Source: Chitinophagaceae bacterium (GTDB lineage: Bacteria > Bacteroidota > Bacteroidia > Chitinophagales > Chitinophagaceae). From it: a stretch of 64,000 bases of DNA. Below, in pieces: positions 46,030 to 55,131 of this stretch. The translations under genes were made by a program, and so were the position numbers. Below the pieces are notes generated by a model. It saw nothing but the letters and a program-made list of their open reading frames with translations, was not told where the DNA came from and did no database searches. The stretch lies in contig DATDIX010000324.1 in the NCBI GenBank assembly GCA_036520835.1, positions 17,332-81,331 of the forward strand. Direction: 5' to 3'. Numbering within the stretch: position 1 is the first letter of the stretch; each line of letters begins with the position of its first letter.

Positions 46030-47426
46030 TGCTTGCTGGTTGCTTTTGATTTTTCAATGACCAATACCCAATCATTACCATCCTGTTTCTCTCCCGGCGG
46101 GTTAAATCCTTTTATATCATTCAGCCTTGCTTTATATACAACCTGTATACTACCATCTTTCGGATTGAACCAGTAAGCATCCGTTAAACCAAAACCTAAT
46201 TTTTCAGTAGCCACTTTAAAGTTTCTCCCGTTATACACATAAAACATCGCATAGCTTTTTCCCCTTGTAGCAGCAACTCTTTCATAGCGTTCACCATTAT
46301 CTGTTACCAGGTCCTGTGCAGGTACACGATCGAAATAAGATCTACTATAAATGAGTTTCTTTAAATGGATCATCTGGGTGGCGCCTTCTGCTTTGATGGT
46401 TTCCTTCCAGCCTGAAGTAACACCATAATTCGCTGTCCAGTCACCCATTTTGTTGAACTGCATTACTGCATTTTCACCATAGGTAAACCCTGCACCACCT
46501 GCAAACACATTCCAATAAGCATAACGACGCAGATCAGCACCTTTCCAACGTAGTTGTAAACTATCATGCAATCCATGCGGAATGTTTTCATACGAAGGCT
46601 CCCCGTCCAATGTTGGTTTAACGGGTTTTAACTTGTAATCCATGTTGACATATTTCCAGTTGTCTTCCCCGTAATGATTCGTTTCGTTACTGCTGGTATC
46701 CTGTGCATAATTTTTATGACCGCTTTGAAACATATTGAAATCAAGCCATGCTTCGTTATGAAACCAATCGCTGGAAGAAGTTCTGCCACGCGGATGATAG
46801 GTCATTAAATGTTTTGCGTCATTTTTCTTAATAGATGTGCCGATGATTTTCCATACTTCCATCCCATCTGTTCCTTTTACATCGCCACCGTTAAGCCAGA
46901 TGATATTGCTCCTGCTCTTGTAACGTGTTGCCAAAAATTTCGCATAAGCTTCAGCCTGCTGCACATTTACTTTTCCTCCTTTTACATTGCTGCCCCATAC
47001 CGGCACCATGGCCATGTAGATACCTCGTTTGGCTGCTTCGTTCACAATAAAATCAACATGGTCCCAGTAATCGTATGCAGTTTCATTTTTATAATCGCTA
47101 CCAGGCGTAACATTCGGTTGTGATACATCTTCGTTGATCAATGCGCTATCGCCATACACATTTTTTGTATTGTTCATATCGTGCAGCACCATTACCTGCA
47201 CCACGTTGAAACCCTGCTGTTTTCTTGTTTCGAGATAATGCACCGCATCTTCCCTGTTGCATTTTACAAACAACAACCAACCCGTATCGCCCAGCCAGAA
47301 GAATGGTTTGCCATCTCCAGTTTGAAAGAATCTTCCGTTGGATGACACTTTCAGCCGGGGCAGATTTGTCTGCGCCTGCACTAACGAAAACATCATCATC
47401 AGTACTATGGTAAATATCTTTTTCAT
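46026..47426 (-). CDS. GH140 (DUF4038) glycosidase, the family of the RG-II apiosidase
   Basis: The 466-aa product has a signal peptide and the DUF4038 hallmark GRFFQTGDGKPFFWLGDTGWLLF. Its start overlaps the upstream stop in an ATGA arrangement. Confidence 0.8.
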   Translation of the reverse strand: MKKIFTIVLMMMFSLVQAQTNLPRLKVSSNGRFFQTGDGKPFFWLGDTGWLLFVKCNREDAVHYLETRKQQGFNVVQVMVLHDMNNTKNVYGDSALINEDVSQPNVTPGSDYKNETAYDYWDHVDFIVNEAAKRGIYMAMVPVWGSNVKGGKVNVQQAEAYAKFLATRYKSRSNIIWLNGGDVKGTDGMEVWKIIGTSIKKNDAKHLMTYHPRGRTSSSDWFHNEAWLDFNMFQSGHKNYAQDTSSNETNHYGEDNWKYVNMDYKLKPVKPTLDGEPSYENIPHGLHDSLQLRWKGADLRRYAYWNVFAGGAGFTYGENAVMQFNKMGDWTANYGVTSGWKETIKAEGATQMIHLKKLIYSRSYFDRVPAQDLVTDNGERYERVAATRGKSYAMFYVYNGRNFKVATEKLGFGLTDAYWFNPKDGSIQVVYKARLNDIKGFNPPGEKQDGNDWVLVIEKSKATSKQ

Positions 47427-50400
47427 CTTTTTGCTGTTGCCGGCGTTTTCTCCAGTCTCTTTGTTTCCCTGTTATAAATAATGCTGGTCTTACCGTTGCT
47501 CAGTATATATTCATCGCTATTTTTCGAAGTGACGGGTTTCATTGTCGCTGCAGCCTTCAACAGGTCTTTATCTATACTATCCGGCAATACCGGCAAACTG
47601 CCTCCCGCCATAAACGCTGCCATACCGAACTCCGGGTAGCTGTCGCCTGAATAGATAACTGCTTTTGAAGGGTACTTATCTCTGTACTCTTTCACGGCGC
47701 GGTATACCTGTTCAAAACTTGTTTTCTTTGGCTTTAGCAATCTCGCATGCTGGCGGGGAGCCAGGTTTTGTCCTCCTTTTGGTTCATAGGCGGTCCCATC
47801 AGCCTGGTAATGCCAGTAACGAATATCGATCAAATCAACTATAACCGCATAGGCCGGATCACTTAATATAGCATCCTGAACATCTTTAGTAGTGCTCAAC
47901 CCTATGATCTGTTTTTTGCCTGTTTCCTTTTCCCAGTCTTTAATTACATCCAGCCAGAATTTTACAAAATGAACCGGGCCGGTGAATTCTTCTCCTATCA
48001 GTTGTATGACGCCATTGTTGTCTTTGAAGTTATTTAAGCACTGCCGGATATACTTTCGATGCAGTTCCTTCCTGAAAGGATTTGAAATATCATAAAACTG
48101 TTCTGCATAGAATATACGTTTGTCCCCGGCGTAATTTACAGGCTCCACAAAACCTGTATTATTGATATTGTTAGCTGTGCGCCAGGGAAAATCGGCATAA
48201 TGCGCCCCGGCTTCTATAATATTATGCTGGAAATAATTCTGGTGAACAAGCAATAAACCTTTCTGATCTGCCAGGTCAGCAAATTGTTTCAAGCGACTCC
48301 AGTAAAAAGCATTGTATTTGGTCAGGTCATACTTGCTTAAACCGTCCCAGGCTGTTTCTTTGCCGCTCCTGGCAAAAGGCAATTCATAAAATGGCGGCCA
48401 AACTTCTCCATCCATTCTTCTTATACGTTCATGATCATCGCGTCTTCTATCGTACCACAAACCATAATTATGTTCTATTGCAGCAGTATTGGTAGCTTTC
48501 ATTTCATCGGTCACTTCATCCAGGTTATCTGTCAGGCCCCGGCCATCCCTTCCCGGGACAAAACGGGTGATATGCGGTTTTGCATTTTGCAGATCTTTTC
48601 CCTGTGTGCCACCGCTCCACCACTGCACACCCTGTCGTTTACCAATTATCAACTGATCAGCTCTAACGAGTAAACCGTTTTTTATTTGCATTGACGGAGC
48701 TAAAGCTACCCCGATTATTTTTTTAATTCCAACCTGGTCTATCGTTTTTATACCTTCTGCATTTACTGAAACCGGGTTTCGCCTGGATGACTGGTCGATC
48801 CATTCCTTTAATTGCATGCGTGGCATAGCAGCCTGCTTTGTCAATTCATTGGCTGTTTCTGCAGAAGGACTGCTGGATGCTTCAGTGGGGATATATAATA
48901 TCTGCGAAAGATGATCAACATTTTTATTCAGCCGCTCTGCTAATTGCGCATAATAAAGGCTTCGGGGGCTGATCGTATTGTTGGATTCACCCCAGTAGCC
49001 GTCACCGGCAAACTGGCTCCAGTTACCAAATGCCCAGTTTTGTGCTGTAGGCGGTTTATAACAATCGATCCTCGCTGCTGTACAATTCCAGAACACGCTG
49101 TTTGCAGCAGCCCAACCTGCGCCGTTTGCATCCTGTCCCCGGTTACTAAACCGCAACGCATTGCCATCCACATTCACCACGTCAAATAAAACACCAGAAG
49201 CCCAGCTGTCAATGGTCCCGCTGAAACTGTATGGCAAAACAGATTCACATTGCACGAATGCATTGGGACCCGGAGCGCAATAACCTGTTGCAAAATCATG
49301 GTACCCATTTTCAGCATAACAACGCTGAAATAATGTTTGCTGCCCGGTAGTTAAAAATGTATAGCGTCTTTGTCCGCCGATCTCTGAAACAGGGTGAAGG
49401 GATTTACAATCTTCAACCGTTATACGCTTGGAGGTTTCCAGTACACTTACCGCCGAACCGGCAAAGTTTTCAAAAATTACCTGGCGCACCCATGCATCTT
49501 CTGCATGCTCAATATTAATGGCATTCCAGCGATGGTCCTCATCTTTCAGGTTGCTTTTATTATAAGCAGAAACACAACGCAGGTTTTCAATGCCTGCATT
49601 ATTAATTCTTCCATTCCCCTGGTAAAAATAAACCGAGCCGCCACCATAAGCTGAATCAATAGCAGTGGTAAGCGGGGCATCAATAGTAATGATGGTGCCT
49701 TCTATTTTTGTAATGGTCCTGTCGAAGAACAGGTCACGGTCACCGGGTTTCCAGCCTAAGGCGCTGATACCTCCGCCAAATATTTCAGTACCCAGCGCTG
49801 CAATCCACTCCTTAGTTGAAGGCCGGCGGATAATAATTTTATTTGAATACTGTTTGATTAAAATGGAACTGTCAACATGAAAACTGGTTGCATTAACGGG
49901 CACATACCTATCAGTAATTTTTAACCCGGCCAGGTCTTTGGGTATATCATTCTTACCAAGAATTTTTATCAACGTTTGCCTTCCTGTTCCAGTCCCCGTA
50001 ATTGTTGTACCGTTTGTACCCATGCCGCTTCCACGAAGCACCACCCCGCTTGCCGTTATACGTAACTGCCCGGCTACTTCGTAAATTCCTTTCTGTAATA
50101 AAACCGCTCCGCGAAAACCTTTTGCATCAACCGGTAAGCCCGCCACGTAATCCAGGGCGGATTGAATACGTAGTGTAGCATCGCCTTTTGTAACAGGAAC
50201 AACAATTTTGACAGGAACATCAGGTATCGGCTTTTCAGAAGCCATATACCCGCAATAAGAAAAATCCGGGATGCGGTTACCCAGTGAATCTGCTGAATAA
50301 TTCAATCTCCCTTTTACAAAAGAAATAGGTGGCGCAGGTTTTACTTCTTTTTGTGCAAGTACCTGATTGGAGACAGCAACAATACCTATACATACCAATG

Positions 50401-50455
50401 TGGCATGAATCGCACACTTATTAAAAAAACCCTTTGTTGTTGCTGACCCGTTCAA
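47423..50455 (-). CDS. Large secreted two-module protein: N-terminal pectate-lyase-3/tailspike-like beta-helix plus a C-terminal ~430-aa domain of unknown function (DUF6298-like)
   Basis: The 1010-aa product has the N-terminal sequence GDATLRIQSALDYVAG...GAVLLQKGIYEVAGQLRI. The C-terminal half (IEHNYGLWYDRRRDDHERIRR...LLVHQNYFQHNIIEAGAHYADFPWR) carries no catalytic motif I can name. The start is TTG at 50455, with no nearby ATG. Confidence 0.6.
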   Translation of the reverse strand: MNGSATTKGFFNKCAIHATLVCIGIVAVSNQVLAQKEVKPAPPISFVKGRLNYSADSLGNRIPDFSYCGYMASEKPIPDVPVKIVVPVTKGDATLRIQSALDYVAGLPVDAKGFRGAVLLQKGIYEVAGQLRITASGVVLRGSGMGTNGTTITGTGTGRQTLIKILGKNDIPKDLAGLKITDRYVPVNATSFHVDSSILIKQYSNKIIIRRPSTKEWIAALGTEIFGGGISALGWKPGDRDLFFDRTITKIEGTIITIDAPLTTAIDSAYGGGSVYFYQGNGRINNAGIENLRCVSAYNKSNLKDEDHRWNAINIEHAEDAWVRQVIFENFAGSAVSVLETSKRITVEDCKSLHPVSEIGGQRRYTFLTTGQQTLFQRCYAENGYHDFATGYCAPGPNAFVQCESVLPYSFSGTIDSWASGVLFDVVNVDGNALRFSNRGQDANGAGWAAANSVFWNCTAARIDCYKPPTAQNWAFGNWSQFAGDGYWGESNNTISPRSLYYAQLAERLNKNVDHLSQILYIPTEASSSPSAETANELTKQAAMPRMQLKEWIDQSSRRNPVSVNAEGIKTIDQVGIKKIIGVALAPSMQIKNGLLVRADQLIIGKRQGVQWWSGGTQGKDLQNAKPHITRFVPGRDGRGLTDNLDEVTDEMKATNTAAIEHNYGLWYDRRRDDHERIRRMDGEVWPPFYELPFARSGKETAWDGLSKYDLTKYNAFYWSRLKQFADLADQKGLLLVHQNYFQHNIIEAGAHYADFPWRTANNINNTGFVEPVNYAGDKRIFYAEQFYDISNPFRKELHRKYIRQCLNNFKDNNGVIQLIGEEFTGPVHFVKFWLDVIKDWEKETGKKQIIGLSTTKDVQDAILSDPAYAVIVDLIDIRYWHYQADGTAYEPKGGQNLAPRQHARLLKPKKTSFEQVYRAVKEYRDKYPSKAVIYSGDSYPEFGMAAFMAGGSLPVLPDSIDKDLLKAAATMKPVTSKNSDEYILSNGKTSIIYNRETKRLEKTPATAKR

Positions 50456-50504
50456 AACTGCTGGTTTTAATGCCTGCTAATATCATTATAAATCTACTGT
50501 TTAT

Positions 50505-52163
50505 TTAAAAACCTTTTGCGGCTGCAGGCCTTACATTCTGCAGAGGCACCACACTGTTCAGGTATTCTTCAATATTAGTATAGCCACTTTTGCTTTTGGC
50601 CGCCTGTGCAGCATCTGCTGCATTAGCCGGATTTAATCCATTCTTTTTTTCCCAGTCATCCGGCATGCCATCACTATCGCTGTCTTTATAGGGTGTGCCT
50701 TTGTATTCAGGATAACCACCCACCTGGCTTACATCAGTAATAATTCCCTGCTTATAGCTATCCAATGGTGCACGACGATGCTTGAATTGTGTTGTTGGTG
50801 GCACTATATCCGGCGATACAACTATTTTTCCTGTACGAACCTGCTCTGTAATTCTTTTATCGACAGCATCACGTTTTGGTAATGTAGCTCCTGCATTTTC
50901 GAGTACATAATCCTTTGCCAGCTCTGCGGGCATAATACTCAGCGCCGGCATCGGCAATGGTTTGTTCCATTTTATATTGTCGGTATGTTTTCCTGCATTC
51001 GGCATTTCTTCGACCTGTACGCCGCCATTCCAGTTATCCTTTGTCACTTCCGGGAAACCTTCCATGATATTTCCATTTACATAAGCCCGTCCGTACGTGT
51101 GGTTTTTTATTTTGCTTCTGCCGCTTTCAGGTTTTAAGATACGATGGCCAACATTATTATTCTTCGGAGTAGCGGGACCGGGTTTGAAATAATTGTTGAT
51201 GATATTATATTGTGCCCGGTAGTCTCCGCCGTCAATAGAACGATGAACCCAGTTGAACACTACATTATTTACAAAATTGAAAACGCCATGCCAGCCGATT
51301 GAAGGATTACGACCCGTATTATTAGCCCAGAGATTCCGCATGAATGAACAGTTTTCGCCGCCTAATGTGCTGCCAAATGAATGGTTCCAGGTATCCAATG
51401 CTTCAGCAAAAATTGAATTCTGAATGGTAATATTAACGGTGCCCAATTTTTCTTCCTGTGGTTTACCGGTACTATCATTATACATGTGGCGATACATACT
51501 CATGTTTTCGTCCAATCCCCAGCTCGCACTTACATGATCGATCATAATATTACCAACAGGGTTACCACCGATCGCATCATCTCTTCTTCCCACCCATGTT
51601 TCGCCACGACGAAAACGCATAAACCGGATAATGACATCATGTGTATTAATCCATACGCTTTCACCAGCTACACATACGCCATCACCAGGGGCTGTTTGCC
51701 CTGCAATAGTTATATAGGGTGCCCGGATTATCAATGGAGATTTTAACCGGATGATGCCGGCAACATTGAATACAATAGTTCTTGCTCCACCCTGCTCACA
51801 TGCCCAGCGAAAGCTGCCGGGACCATCATCGTTCAGATTAGTGACAACCAGTATTTTTCCGCCACGGCCACCAAAGCTGAATTTACCACCACCTTCTGCA
51901 CCAGGAAATGCCGGTATTTCTGCCTGCGGCAAATCTGTCGGACGATTTGCAAAATCAATAAAAGGTTTTCCTCTTTTTGCTTCTTCCTGTATGATCGGAT
52001 AGGCGATATTCCATGCAGAATCCGAATGTCTTCGTGCGGCCTTTAATAATGAATCAGAAGACCGCTGCACGTCGTCCGGAATATCGGGATATTGAGCATT
52101 GGCTGATACTGCAAATGTCAGAAATAAAAACCCGGGTAATAATTTTTTCAATTGCTTATTCAT
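50505..52163 (-). CDS. PL1-family pectate lyase
   Basis: The 552-aa product has a signal peptide and the sequence PAFPGAEGGGKFSFGGRGGKILVVTNLNDDGPGSFRWA...ITIAGQTAPGDG. It ends with a C-terminal DSDSDGMPDDWE repeat. Confidence 0.88.
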   Translation of the reverse strand: MNKQLKKLLPGFLFLTFAVSANAQYPDIPDDVQRSSDSLLKAARRHSDSAWNIAYPIIQEEAKRGKPFIDFANRPTDLPQAEIPAFPGAEGGGKFSFGGRGGKILVVTNLNDDGPGSFRWACEQGGARTIVFNVAGIIRLKSPLIIRAPYITIAGQTAPGDGVCVAGESVWINTHDVIIRFMRFRRGETWVGRRDDAIGGNPVGNIMIDHVSASWGLDENMSMYRHMYNDSTGKPQEEKLGTVNITIQNSIFAEALDTWNHSFGSTLGGENCSFMRNLWANNTGRNPSIGWHGVFNFVNNVVFNWVHRSIDGGDYRAQYNIINNYFKPGPATPKNNNVGHRILKPESGRSKIKNHTYGRAYVNGNIMEGFPEVTKDNWNGGVQVEEMPNAGKHTDNIKWNKPLPMPALSIMPAELAKDYVLENAGATLPKRDAVDKRITEQVRTGKIVVSPDIVPPTTQFKHRRAPLDSYKQGIITDVSQVGGYPEYKGTPYKDSDSDGMPDDWEKKNGLNPANAADAAQAAKSKSGYTNIEEYLNSVVPLQNVRPAAAKGF

Positions 52164-52257
52164 TTTTACACTGATTGAATTTTATTAGACGGTTTAACCG
52201 GAAATAAACTGCGGCTAATTCAAAATTTTTTCTTTCAAACCCTGTTTACTTTATCCG

Positions 52258-52288
52258 TATAAAAAAGAGAAAGCACTACACTTTCTCT
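52258..52288 (-). terminator. Rho-independent terminator after the susCD-2/lipoprotein operon
   Basis: The minus-strand RNA reads AGAGAAAG-UGUAGUG-CUUUCUCU followed by UUUUUAUA. It lies 25 nt after the stop at 52313. Confidence 0.75.
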
Positions 52289-52312
52289 TCTTTAAAATAT
52301 TATTGAGAAAGT

Positions 52313-53242
52313 TTATTTCTGCACCTTAACGTCCACTTCAATTTGCGTTTCTTTATTTGGTGAATCACCATTTACAAAACGGATAAGTATTGCCCCGAAC
52401 TTGCCCGCTGCAGTTTTAAATCCAATAACATTGCTGCCGGCGGCCGTACTCACTGTAGTCACCTTGGAAGAAGTACCAGAGTTCATGTTTCCGCCAATTA
52501 AAGTTTGGAGTGCACCTCCCGAAGTTAAACCACTGACAAAATTTACTGATGCAGGCATCTTCTTCAACAAAGTCACATTTTTTGTCCATGTACTGATATC
52601 ATAATAGCCCAGCTGTGGTTGTGCCGCACTCAGTGAATAAATAGTGTGCTTTAAATCATCAGAAGCACTTGCAGTTCCTCTTCCTGTAGTGTCCCAATAG
52701 TAACCAAAATCGATCTTGGCAGAATTGGCTCCACCATCAGTATAACTATAGGTTTTTCCTTCGGTACTTGAGTAGTACGTCTTATTTGTTTTATCGACAG
52801 TATCAGGTACCTGCTGTATTCTGTAACTCCAGAAATAAAAATCTGGTGTAATGGTAACAGTAAACATTTTTCCACCATCTCCCATAAAAATTCCCCTTGC
52901 ATCTCTTGCTACCACCCTGTAGGTATAATCTCCGGCAGCGCTATCAACCCGGTATCCTTTTATTAAGGAAAAAGACCGGTTATTGGTATTATTTAATCTG
53001 AACGTATCTAGCCTTCCACCATTTTTCTGAATTTCGATATAGGACATATCAGTAGGAGAAGAAATCGTAAAATCGAAATAGATACTGTCTTTGGGATTTA
53101 GTGTTACATCGCCCACAACGAACTTGGCGCCACTGCTACGATATTCAACGGTGACATCAAAAGATCCCACGTCTTCAACTTTCTTTTCACAGGCTGAAAG
53201 GAATAAACCTAACACCAATGATCCTAAAATTATTTTTTTCAT
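52313..53242 (-). CDS. PUL-encoded surface lipoprotein, a SusE/F positional analogue (putative glycan-binding protein)
   Basis: I prefer the ATG at 53242 (MKKIILGSLVLGLFLSACEKK, with a lipobox). The product is rich in beta-strand residues and the gene lies directly downstream of the susD-like gene. Confidence 0.55.
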   Translation of the reverse strand: MKKIILGSLVLGLFLSACEKKVEDVGSFDVTVEYRSSGAKFVVGDVTLNPKDSIYFDFTISSPTDMSYIEIQKNGGRLDTFRLNNTNNRSFSLIKGYRVDSAAGDYTYRVVARDARGIFMGDGGKMFTVTITPDFYFWSYRIQQVPDTVDKTNKTYYSSTEGKTYSYTDGGANSAKIDFGYYWDTTGRGTASASDDLKHTIYSLSAAQPQLGYYDISTWTKNVTLLKKMPASVNFVSGLTSGGALQTLIGGNMNSGTSSKVTTVSTAAGSNVIGFKTAAGKFGAILIRFVNGDSPNKETQIEVDVKVQK

Positions 53243-53262
53243 ATACAAGTTCAATTTTATAA

Positions 53263-55107
53263 TTATTGTAATGGGTCAAAAGTTCCATTTATCCAGCCTG
53301 CTGTTTGCTCAATAAAAAAGTTTTGGCTGAAAAAATTGGGCAATGCGTAGAAATAGTATTTCGCCGGTATGTTAATCGAATTTGAACCTTCGAGTGAAGC
53401 AATAGTGCCAGGCGTTGTATAAATAGATGTATAAACTGATTGGTTATTAAGGTTAGCTGTATCTCTCGGTCTTACACCAAAAGCATTAGGTGCATCAATG
53501 TATATTCTGCCAGCAACCGGGGGATTCGGAGGATTACCGGCTACGTAGGGTAGCTTAGCAGCCAGTTTGTACGATTGACGTGCAGAAATAAGACCATAGT
53601 TCCTGGTCCTTCTCAAATCCCAATAACGTTTTCCTTCGATGGCAAATTCGATCATACGTTCATTTAATATCAAACTTCTCATGGATGCTATGTCAACAGC
53701 AACATCTAAACCATAATCAAATGAGCCGGCTACTATTCCTGCCCTCTGGCGGATACGGCGTACATTATCTTTTGCTTCTGCCATCCTGTTTGTTTCATTG
53801 GCGCATTCCGCAAGGTTCAACACTACTTCTGCAAATCTCATCTCTATCCAATCCATACCGCTACCCCCACCCGAATTAGAATTATATACGGATTGAGCAG
53901 GAGTTAATGTGTTATTAGTAAATCGTTTGAAATAAAAGCCTGTTACGATTGTTCCAGCCGCTTCATCAGGAACTCCCGTATGTGACCATTGTTTGCGTGT
54001 AGCTTTCCCACTTAAAGGCCAGGGACCTCCATTATAAGCAATGGAAGCTTCAAAACGAGCATCTCTGTTTTGCCAGAACATAATAGGATCATATTTAACT
54101 ACTGTATCAGCGGCTACTGAGTTTGTTACAGGCATGCCGTTGGATTTTAAATACGCCTGTACTAAGTTCCAGGTCGGTTGATTTGATCCACTGGGTCCAT
54201 CTGTTTCAGAATCAGGCCTGGTAATAGCTTCGGTGTTGGTACCTACATCCCTTGCGGCACTGTATTTCCTTACCAACAGCACCTCAGCATTGTCCTCTGT
54301 TGTAAAAATATTTGCGTACGTTGGAAATAACGAATACCCGTCTCCAACGCATTGGTTATAAGCGTCAAGATTTGCCTGGTATGCATCTTCCCAACGTGAT
54401 GCAATATTCGTAGGATTAAACTGCGGGCTTGCCCAATACATTAGCACTTTTCCTTTCATAGCTGACGAAGCAGCCCTGGTTATTCTTCCTTTATCAGCAG
54501 CGCCCCATGTAGCCGGAAGGTATGCTATAGCAGAGTCCAGGTCTTTTACAATTGCTGCAATACATTCGCTTGTTTTGGCACGGGGAACATTCAACTCTTC
54601 CTCGAGAGTCTGAGATTGTAATACCAATGGTACGCCGCCATATAAGCTAACTAACCTGAAGTAAACAAAGGCCCGCAAAAAGAAAAACTGGCCTTTCAGA
54701 ACCATCCTCGTTGCTTCCGGCAAAGTACTGTTAGAATTAAGACCTTCAATCGCAATATTACAACGACGGATATCAAAATAGCGATTGGTGGTAATGCCAT
54801 TCCCTGTTCCTATATCAGTAACAGAGTTTTCTACTAATGTACCATATAAGAATGCCGTGTTAGCATTGTTGAGCTCATCAGAAGTATTGTGAATACCACC
54901 GAGAGCTGGCCACTGGGGTATAATTAATCCATATGTTCTGTTTAGAAACAATCCTACTGCACCCTGATCGTTCCAAATTCTGGAATCAATTCCCTGCGGG
55001 TCTTCAATATCGAAAAATTCTGAATCTTTTTTACAGGCAGAAAAAACCATACATAGAGCCAGGGCTGCTATAACCATTTTTTTTCCTGTATTGCTTATAT
55101 ATCTCAT
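53263..55107 (-). CDS. SusD/RagB-family nutrient-binding outer-membrane lipoprotein (pair 2)
   Basis: The 614-aa product has the lipobox CMVFSACKKD and SusD-like features (RAFVYFRLVSLYGGVPL, IEFAIEGKRYWDLRR). Confidence 0.9.
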   Translation of the reverse strand: MRYISNTGKKMVIAALALCMVFSACKKDSEFFDIEDPQGIDSRIWNDQGAVGLFLNRTYGLIIPQWPALGGIHNTSDELNNANTAFLYGTLVENSVTDIGTGNGITTNRYFDIRRCNIAIEGLNSNSTLPEATRMVLKGQFFFLRAFVYFRLVSLYGGVPLVLQSQTLEEELNVPRAKTSECIAAIVKDLDSAIAYLPATWGAADKGRITRAASSAMKGKVLMYWASPQFNPTNIASRWEDAYQANLDAYNQCVGDGYSLFPTYANIFTTEDNAEVLLVRKYSAARDVGTNTEAITRPDSETDGPSGSNQPTWNLVQAYLKSNGMPVTNSVAADTVVKYDPIMFWQNRDARFEASIAYNGGPWPLSGKATRKQWSHTGVPDEAAGTIVTGFYFKRFTNNTLTPAQSVYNSNSGGGSGMDWIEMRFAEVVLNLAECANETNRMAEAKDNVRRIRQRAGIVAGSFDYGLDVAVDIASMRSLILNERMIEFAIEGKRYWDLRRTRNYGLISARQSYKLAAKLPYVAGNPPNPPVAGRIYIDAPNAFGVRPRDTANLNNQSVYTSIYTTPGTIASLEGSNSINIPAKYYFYALPNFFSQNFFIEQTAGWINGTFDPLQ

Positions 55108-55131
55108 AATATTTTTTTTAGAAATTTCTAC

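Noticed and set aside
50489-50496. TAGATTTA, a -7-like box on the minus strand, in the 49-nt gap upstream of the 1010-aa gene.
   Set aside because: It is a single 8-mer in AT-rich sequence lying 8 nt after the upstream stop codon. There is no accompanying -33 element or operator, so chance cannot be excluded.
52190-52200. An 11-bp palindrome, CGGTT-T-AACCG, in the pectate-lyase upstream region. The same region also has a partial operator half-site look-alike (AAAGTAAAC).
   Set aside because: The palindrome is too short to be significant. The look-alike lacks the second ATAG at +21, the WACATT element and the phased TACNTTTAG box, so it is not a copy of the shared module.
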